From assembly GCA_965153455.1 (NCBI GenBank), contig OZ234493.1:6376213-6440212 (forward strand): DNA of 64,000 nucleotides, in the 5' to 3' direction. A program made the position numbers and the translations under genes. This document shows, piece after piece, positions 54,661-64,000 of the stretch. This stretch comes from Sphagnum compactum (Eukaryota). Numbering within the stretch: the stretch's first letter is position 1; every line of letters begins with the position of its first letter. The notes under the pieces are model-generated. The model did no database searches. It worked only from the letters and a program-made list of their open reading frames with translations, and had not been told where the DNA came from.

Positions 54661-57436
54661 TCTTTAAGAAGAATAAGAAAAATATTTAACTCATGGGAAA
54701 TTTCATCACAAACTTCATGGGTCACGATTCGACAATAATAGTCATGTGAAATTTGCTTTTCATAGGTTTGTATGGAATAAACATGAATGTCATTCATCTA
54801 CTTGTACTATTTGAATATCGATGTTTTGTGCATTGTTTAAACATGGATGTTATATGTTTATTCATATTATTTAGACACGAATTTACACACAAAAGTCGTG
54901 CACACGACTTTCGTGTTTAAATAATGCATGACATTCATGTGTAAACGATATGAACCCATGAAATAACAAATTTCACATGGATTTGGAATGAACCCATGAA
55001 GCTTACAAATTTGTGATGTTGTGATGGAGAGATAAGATGAAGTAATAAATGAATCAAGGTGTAAACACAATAAATTGTACACATAAAATATTTTGTCAAG
55101 GTTAGATAAAAATAATTTGAAAATAACAACAAAACCCATCATAAAATTATTGTACATTAAATGTTTTCAATGATTGACCAAAAACAATATTGTTCTTCAT
55201 TATTGTGAATTAAATTCTAATTTTCAATCTATTTTAATAAATTTAAAGTATTTTTTTGAAATACAAATCATCTGAAGTTCATTTTGGTAATGATTTTTTT
55301 GTAAAATATGTGTGAAGTAGGTTTTAATAAATAGAAAATAAAATAGTTTTTTGATTCAAACCTCAACGTACATATGTACACCTTACCCAACATTTTTTGG
55401 GGGAATTTTTTGTTGTTTGGCAACAAAAAAGAAGTTTGTGACTTTCACAAAGGATTTTTGGTAAGTAATCCCCCAAACTCCCCACATTTTGAAGAAAAAA
55501 AGGTTGAAATTGCCATATTCAAATTACAGGCTCTTGGAAGTTGTCTACATAGTGGGATTTCAAAAATGTTATAATTCTTTCTGTCTAATATGTAGCCAAA
55601 TTTTGTTAAGTATTATTGTGGAGGATGGTTAGTTCACATACCTCATGCAATTCAGAAAGAAAGAAAACAAACCTAATCATAATTAAATATATACATATTC
55701 AATTGAATATTTTGTGTTAAAAGTATTATCCAACCCAAACTTTTCATCTTCTTTGGGTTCTACTTTGAATTTTTTTTAATTCATTTTTTAATAAAATTTT
55801 GCAAGTAGATATTCATATTGAGCATGGACCCTCAAATAGAAGATTGTGATATTAGAGATATTTGCAAAGTAAGGAAAATATAAGCCCCATACCCCCTATT
55901 TGGTCATAAATAGGGTGAGACTTGTAAAAAACAATTAAACAAAAGTACGCTGAGATTAAACAAGGATTGAAACTCATATTAGCACTAAAATTTGGTCAAA
56001 TCTAAATTTCATCTTGTGTTTTTTTTTGTTCCTGATTCCTTGAACTAGTCATTGTTGTATTGTGTGTACTGCAACTATACTTATCCTCAAACCTTGTGCA
56101 TTTAATCATGAGTTTTCGCATTCTATACTCATATTTAATAAAATTTCATTACTTTGTGAATAACAGTGTTTAAAGATTGAACGAGGGGTTAGGGAGTGAA
56201 GGAAGGGCTAAAAAGGGGTCACTTTACGAATGTCTCTATTGTGATTATTTGATCATTTATTGGAGGAAAAACATGAATTCAACCTTCTAGTTGTCACCTG
56301 TCTGTGTTCCTCATTTTAAATCAAAAGAATGACTGGTGAAGCATGCCATCTCTTTAAATTTTGATTTTTTAAGAACATGAAACCAAGGTTATTTTATTTT
56401 GAAACATTTCAAAATTTCAAAACCAAAGTTTAAACAAAATCAAAGAACCACCCAACACTGGTAAGTACCATAGGTAATTGGCGGCAAATGTAAATAAATG
56501 CTTAATATGTAGGTAGTTAAGTAGGCAAGGCCATTGGTGGCTTCTAGGTAGCTGACCATGTGGATGGATGGTTGGTATATTGCTGACCATCGTAGTTAGT
56601 TAGATGGGCCATGGGCTAGTGTAAACCTTCACCCACCAGTGCACCATACTGGATAGATGATGTGTGGAGAGGGAACACATTTTGCTGGTTCCTATGATGC
56701 TGGTCCTATTCATGTATTGTGCGTGAAATTTGTTTGTGCTTTTGGGTATGCATATTTCAAGTTAATAAATCTCTAAAAAACTTAGGGCTTTGTGTTTTGG
56801 GTTGTTCATGAGTGGTAAGAGTTGTGTGTCACTGTGTGTACTCTCCAATGGAACAACTTTTCCAACTTGTAATCTAGGGACAAGCACCGTTTCTTAGTCT
56901 TCCCTTCTTTTTCAGTCATGCTCATTTTCTTGCATGTTAGATGGTTTTATTATCGATCTTTTTTTCTCATTTTAGATGGAATCTTGATGTGAATATGTGA
57001 TATGCATATATGTAACTCATATTAGCAGGTATGAGGTTGTAGGATCTTGATGTGAATATTAGATACCCATGTATGTACATTCCATACCAACGGGTTTGAA
57101 GTGGTGTATGAAGGTGTTGTCTATTTATGTTCATACTTAAGATACCTTGAAAAAAGATGTACATAGGTTGTTATATAAACTTGGCTGATATGTCTATTCG
57201 CCTGATATCTCTATTTGAAGAACATTTGAATACTCATGTTCTTACCCTCATACCAATGCCCATTTGGTATGTTAAATTGGACATACTTGCCCAGCCTTTG
57301 GGCTAGTTTTTTCTGGTGTACTTAGAGAGTGTCTTACATGGTGTAACAAGTCAACAAGAAAATGTATTTGAATGCATTTTATGGGCCTTATGCTTTTTGT
57401 AAAGCTTGTTGTCCTCTTTTCTATAATACCAAAGGG

Positions 57437-60400
57437 GGGCCTCGGTGAACCAGCAGCACCCACCAGTGCTCCATCCACTGGAAGCCCGTTATTAGTCAGC
57501 TATGGATGAACCTCAACTGGTTGATATTTGGTTTCACCTTGGTAACTGATTCTGTAGGAAATAGGTCTCATATATAAGTAGATAGATAGGAAAATAGGTA
57601 ACTACTGGGTAAGCAGATGGTTTATTATTATTATTATCTATAGTAAAGGAACAATGAAGCTTCCCCTGAAGCCGCTCGAATGAAGCTTCCCCTAAATCCG
57701 TCCAGATCGGACGGACATTTCCTCCATCCGTCCGACCCGTTTATCCATCCGTCCCGTCATACAGGGAAGATGGCATCATACAGGAAGAAAACCCTGGCAG
57801 AAATAAATAACCCCCCCCCCGCCCCCTCATGCCCGGCCCCAGGGGGGGCACCCCCAAGATTTACTGTACAGAGGACGTGGTCTTTTTCTTTTCATTTTTT
57901 TTTTCGTTCTCTGTTTTCGGTGGTTTTTTTTGGTTTATAATAATAATAATTAAATAAAAAATGAAAAATAATCTTATGTGTATATATATATATATATATA
58001 TATAAAGTTTTAATTTTTTAATTCATCCATATCATCAGCCGTCTATTTAAGTCGGACGGGGATGGATGTCTATTTAAGCCAGATGGGGTGGGTTAGGACC
58101 GGCAAAGACCCAGCAGTTTTAGGTGCGTGTTTGATTTATTTTAAACACACACCTGTGCATTAGGCACGGGGCACAAACTTGCCCGGCCCCAGGGGGGGCA
58201 CCCCCAAGATTTACTGTACAGAGGACGTGGTCTTTTTCTTTTCATTTTCTTTTTCGTTATCTGTTTTCGGTGTTTTTTTTTTGGTTTATAATAATAATAA
58301 TTAAATAGAAAAATGAAAAATAATCTTATATATATATGTATATATATAAAGTTTTAATTTTTTAATTCATCCATCCCATCAGCCGTCTATTTAAGTCGGA
58401 CGGGGATGGATGTCTATTTAAGCCGGATGGGGTGGGTTAGGACCGGCAAAGACCCAGCAGTTTTAGGTGCATGTTTGATTTATTTTAAACACACACCTGT
58501 GCATTAGGCACGGGGCACAAACTTGCCCGGCCCCAAGGGGGGCACCCCCAAGATTTACTGTACAAAGGACGGGGTGTTTTTCTTTTCATTTTCTTTTTCG
58601 TTCTCTGTTTTCGGTGTTTCTTTTTGTTTATAATAATAATAATAAATTAGAAAAATGAAAAATAATCTTATATATATATATACCGTCAAACTTCCCCTGA
58701 ATCCGTCCGGTCTGTCATCCAACCGGACGAACGAAATAGTCAGACGGACATTTCATGCATCCCGTTATCCATCTGTTTAAAAATAGAAGCATGCCAATTA
58801 GGGTCTCTCTGACCTCTCTTCTTCCAAAAAGCAGCAAACAACAGAGAGTTACGCAGAAGAAAGAGCCAGAGAGACAGACAAAGAAAAAGGGGGTCCTTGA
58901 AGCATGATAAGAGGCCGCTTTAAATATGAAGTTTTTCTCTGTAATGGAATTCTGTTTTTTTTGTTTTTGGTAAATTCTTCAGGATGTTTTCCTGTCTGCA
59001 TTTTCAAAACTAATTATATTATTTTCAGAAATGTTGAAATTTTCCCCAATCCTCCCCCCCCCCCCCCCCAAAACACAAAAGGGAAAATAATATAAAATCT
59101 TTTAAAATAATATTTGTGCAATGTCCATTTTAAGCATTGAATATTCAAAAATAAAATAATTATTCAATATTGAATTTTCAATGCTGAAGTTACCACCAAA
59201 GGTGGGCGCGGAGGGGGGGGGGGGGGGGTAGGAGAGAGAGAGAGGGGTCACGAGAGCTGCCATTTTTTCTTTTTATTTTTTCTTTTTTGGTGGGTTAGGA
59301 CCAGCAAAGACCCAACAGTTTTAGGTGCATGTTTGATTTATTTTAAACACACACCTGTGCATTAGGCACGGGGAACAATGAAGCTTCCCCTGAAGTCGGA
59401 CGAATGAAGCTTCCCCTTAATCCGGACGGACAGTAGCCACGCACAGTACCTAAATATAGTGAGGGCGTGGCTTTCCCATGTCCGTCATCCATCCTGTCAT
59501 CCATCCTGGATGGCATCATACAGGGAAGAAAACCCTGGCAGAAATAAATAACCCCCCCCCTCGCCCCCTCATGCCCGGCCCTAGGGGGGGAACCCCCAAG
59601 ATTTATTGTACAGAGGACGTGGTCTTTTTCTTTTCATTTTCTTTTTCGTTCTCTGTTTTCGGTGTTTTTTGTTTGGTTTATAATAATAATAATAAAATAG
59701 AAAAATGAAAAATAATCTTATATATATATATATTTATTTATTTATTTATTATTATTATTTTTTTATTTTTTTTTATTTTTTAATTCATCCATCCCATCAG
59801 CCGTCTATTTAAGCTGGATGGGGTGGGTTAGGACCAACAAAGACCCAGCAGTTTTAGGTGCATGTTTGATTTATTTTAAACACACACCTGTGCATTAGGC
59901 ACGGGGCGCAAACTTGCCCGGCCCCAAGGGGGGCACCCCCAAGATTTACTGTACAGAGGACAAGGTGTTTTTCTTTTCATTTTTTTTTTCGTTCTCTGTT
60001 TTCGGTGTTTCTTTTTGTTTATAATAATAATAATAAAATAGAAAAATGAAAAATTATCTTGTATATATATAAAGTTTTAATTTCTTAATTCATCGATCCC
60101 TGTCTGGCTTATTTTTTAATTCATCCATCCCGTCAGCCGTCTATTTAAGCTGGATGGGGATGGATGTCTATTTAAGCCGGATGGGGTGGGTTAGGACCGG
60201 CAAAGACCCAGCAGTTTTAGGTGCATGTTTGATTTATTTTAAACACACACCTGTGCATTAGGCCTTTCTTATTATTCTATTCACAAAGAGAACAGACACA
60301 CGTGCAGGCGCGCACGCAAGAGAGCAGATGATCAAGAAAGACGGCGAGCGAGACAGTAAAGATGACAATTCTGGCTATCTAGATTCTCAAAGAAAACAGA

Positions 60401-62043
60401 CAAACGTGCAGGCACGCACACACACACACACACAAAAACACAGATTGAAAAGGTCGCAAGAGGTTGTCGTCTGCTGCATCTGTGGCACACGTCTAATAGG
60501 GCTAGCAGCAGTGTGTACAAGTGTGGTGGGATGGTGCACTTGATGATGCAACCCTGCACTTACACTTTGTACAAGGTATATTAAGAGGAACTTGCACATG
60601 GCTTTCGCAACTCATTATTTTCCAAGACGATGCGGCTCTGCTTCAGCGGGTATAGGATCCACATAGTCTGCATGGTCAAAGTTGTAGAGAATTATCTCCA
60701 TCAAAATCTCCTCCTCCTCATCACCAGAGCTACTTGCTGCCGCATGAGCTTTCAATGTCGACAATCTCCTGATCTAGTGCAGATTCACGTCATGTGGCAA
60801 TCCGGCAACAGCAGCAGCAGCAGCAACAACAACAACAGCAGCTTAACGATGTTGTGGGTATAAGCTCTTCTACACAGCTTCATCCTGCACCATCGGTAGT
60901 TGATCGCACGTACATCATGACCCGTAGCAATTAGACTTTATGCAATATTCTGTGGTAATGAAAACTCTCATTCAAATACTTACTTGATCATTGTGTTCAG
61001 ATGCAGCACCAGCGCTGATGATCATATTCGACTTGACGTGGTGCTCCGTATTGTTCATAGCTGCGAGTTGCTGTGAGCTTTCCAGGTTCAACATATGTTG
61101 GGGGGTTTCTGCATATGAATATGTTGGAAATTTCTACATCGATTCTTGAGTTATGTTCTTATATTCATACAGGTTCAGGGTGATTTTTTTGTTTTTGCAG
61201 GACTTTGCTTCTACAGTCAGTTCACCTCTAAAGGTATATGTACAATATATGTCTATTGTTTGCTAGATTTTTTATTTAAAATAAACAAAGTAACTACGAC
61301 ACCAATATCATTGAGCATCATTTTGTAATATGTACCGTCAAATACACACACCTGTGCATTATGCACGTGGCTCAAACTAGTATATAGTAAAGGAACAATG
61401 AAGCTTCCCCTGAAGCCGCTCGAATGAAGCTTCCCCTAATTCCAGACGGACCGGACGGACATTTCCTCCATCCGTCCGACCCGTCCATCCATCCGTCCCG
61501 TCATACAGGGAAGATGGCATCATACAGGGAAAAAAACCCTGGCAGAAATAAATAACCCCCCCCCCGCCCCTCATGCCCGGCCCCAGGGGAGGCACCCCCA
61601 AGATTTACTGTACAGAGGACGTGGTCTTTTTCTTTTCATTTTCTTTTTCATTCTCTGTTTTTGATGTTTTTTTTGTTATTATAATAATAAAATAGAAAAA
61701 TGAAAAATAATCTTATATATATATAAAGTTTTAATTTTTTAATTCATCCATCCGATCAGCCGTCTATTTAAGCCGGACGGGGATGGATGTCTATTTAAGC
61801 CGGATGGGGTGGGTTAGGACCGGCAAAGACCCAGCAGTTTTAGGTGCATGTTTGATTTATTTTAAACACACACCTGTGCATTAGGCACGGGGCACAAACT
61901 TGCCCGGCCCCAGGGGGGGCACCCCCAAAATTTACTGTACAGAGGACAGGGTGTTTTTCTTTTCATTTTCTTTTTCGTTCTCTGTTTTTGATGTTTCTTT
62001 TTGTTTATAATAATAAATATAAAATAGAAAAATGAAAAATTAT

Positions 62044-62084
<41 letters not shown>

Positions 62085-62934
62085 CGTCAAATACACACAC
62101 CTGTGTGCATTATGCACGGGGCTCAAACTTGTTATATATAGTAAAGGACGTCGAGATGAAATGAAGCTTTCCATCCATCCGTCCGTCCGTTATCCGTCCC
62201 GTCATCCATCCAAACAGAACAAATATATATTTAAAAAAAGGAAAAAACTAGAAAAAAAATAAAAACAGAAAAACACTTTAACAATTAGAAAATTTTTGTA
62301 AACCTTTAAACATGAAACAAAAAAGGGAAATACAGTAAAATAATCTTTTAAAAAAATTAAAAAATAGATGACAAAAAATAAGAAACCAAACAGAGAGCAA
62401 AAGAAAGAGAAAAAAAAACCACACTTGAAAAAAAAAATGAGGTTTGTCTTCTTTTTCCAAACTTCAAACCTGCATCTAATCAAACAAAAATAAAAAAGTT
62501 TTTTTAATTATTTTTATTATAAAAAATATTAGAAAAATTAGAATTTTTTTGGAAAAGAAAATAGAAACTAAATAAATAGGGAAAAAGAAACACTTTATTT
62601 GTATTATACAAAATAATAATAAAAACAGAAAACACATAAAAATAAAAAAGATAAAAGTTTTTAAAAAAAACTAAAACATGAACCAAACATTGTTGAAATA
62701 ACACACCTGTGCATTAGGCACGGGGTTCAAACTAGTACATAGGTAAGGGCTGTTTTTAGTACCTATTTACTAACCACCTGTTTGTGGGTATTTTGTAGGT
62801 AGGTAGGGAAAAAAGGCATCTGAGCCAACAACCATGGTTAGCTAGGGAACTGGAACCGAACAGAAAATTGTTTCCTGACCACTTACCATTCATCCTTCAT
62901 GGTGCGCTTGGTGGGTGCTGGTTCACTGTGACCC
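57437..62934. mobile_element. Second copy of the 41920 MITE, split by the Helitron array
   Basis: 57437-57625 aligns to the left half of 41920-42316 and 62736-62934 to the right half, including both TIRs. Confidence 0.88.
57637..62735 (+). mobile_element. Tandem array of non-autonomous Helitrons
   Basis: 5' TC(TATAGTAAAGG), 3' CTAG, CCTGTGC-ATTAG-GCACGGG hairpin just upstream of CTAG, A^T insertion site with no TSD; the 5' end motif restarts at 61381 and about 62135. Confidence 0.88.
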
Positions 62935-63715
62935 CCAGCGGGTGCCGAATAGTACTTGTTGGGAATAACACTAAAAAAATTAAATTCACACAATTTTTAT
63001 GCCATGTAAAGCCCCACAAGCCGAGCTTTAACATATTTGGGCCTGCACTTGGCTTCACCTCACAGGCCCCTTGTTCCGATAAAGAACACCCCCTGGAGCT
63101 TGACCCAACACAAAATGTACCCCCACACAACCCATTTTGACTCTGCACCCCAAATAGAAACCCTGGGAAGGTCTTGGCTCACTCAAGATGGCAAAATGGG
63201 GCCCATCATCCATGATGCACAAAACAACCTGTTTCTGTCATAAATGTCCTCAAATCACCTACCTGACACGAGCCTTGCATAGTATGCAACTGGCTGTGCC
63301 ATAAAACAAAAGTTCTCTTCAGCTTAGTTGACTTCCATTTTCGATACTTTATGGCTATGTTCTGAGCCTTGTGTGTAGTGAAGTGATTTCTTTTCCATCT
63401 TCCCACTGCTGAAGGTGGACAAAACATGGAAACAACAAGTTTTTTGGTTCTTTCCAATCAATGTGGATGTGAAACAAAATATTACCAAGTTCCTCGACTC
63501 TCAACATTTTTGGACAAGGCATCTATGTTGGTACTGATACCACTCTTGTTTGGGTGTAAAACAAGGAGGACCATACACTAGTATGGCCGTCAAGCTGGAT
63601 GCTACCTCTAGCCACTTGTATAGGCACCTACTATTTTCCTATTCACGAATGGTAAAGCCCTCCTGGAGATTTACCAGTGTAAATGTAAAGGGCAGATACA
63701 TAATTTGTGCAATGT

Positions 63716-64000
63716 CCCTCATGCACTTAAGCCCCGTCCAATAAGTTCTTACTTCTTACAAATGTACAGAGGGAAAGTATGTTTTGCAATTTCCCTCCAT
63801 ATGTACATAAGAACCCACCACCCTCATGCACTTAAGGCCCTCTCCAGCGGGTTCTTAGTTCTTACACTTGTACAAAGGGAAAGTATGTTTTGTAATTTCC
63901 CTCCATTCGTACATAAGAACCCACCACCCTCATGCACTTAAGGCCCTCTCCAGCGGGTTCTTAGTTCTTACACATGTACAAAGGGAAAGTATGTTTTGTA
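63716..64000. repeat. 106-bp tandem repeat running off the window end
   Basis: GGGAAAGTATGTTTTG at 63771, 63877 and 63983; CCCTCATGCACTTAAG recurs at the same spacing. Confidence 0.9.

Noticed and set aside
57830-62100. Repeated hairpin units as a CRISPR array
   Set aside because: The intervening sequences are homologous rather than unique spacers, there are no cas genes, the context is eukaryotic and the ends are Helitron termini.
63533-63541. TGGTATCAG on the minus strand as a tRNA-Met primer-binding site
   Set aside because: Only 9 nt match and no adjacent LTR is identifiable.

Overview
AT-rich eukaryotic land-plant DNA with GT-AG introns; a bryophyte (Sphagnum-like) origin is my inference only. 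Two intact genes are supported: a 14-exon DEAD-box helicase of the DDX54/Dbp10/RH29 type (+, 1208-6255, about 879 aa spliced) and an intronless DUF266/GT14-like glycosyltransferase (-, 27047-28381) with altered active-site motifs. The rest is mostly transposon debris: a decayed MULE-SWIM transposase facing a convergent C2H2 zinc-finger pseudogene across shared tandem repeats, a hAT relic, CRE-like, gag, copia and LRR relics, and several MITEs with readable TIRs and TSDs. The most striking structure is a 5.1-kb Helitron concatemer (57637-62735) with nine copies of its 3' hairpin and a captured poly-Q gene fragment. It sits at an A^T site inside a MITE whose uninterrupted sister copy is at 41920-42316. 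No rRNA, intact tRNA or CRISPR array was found.
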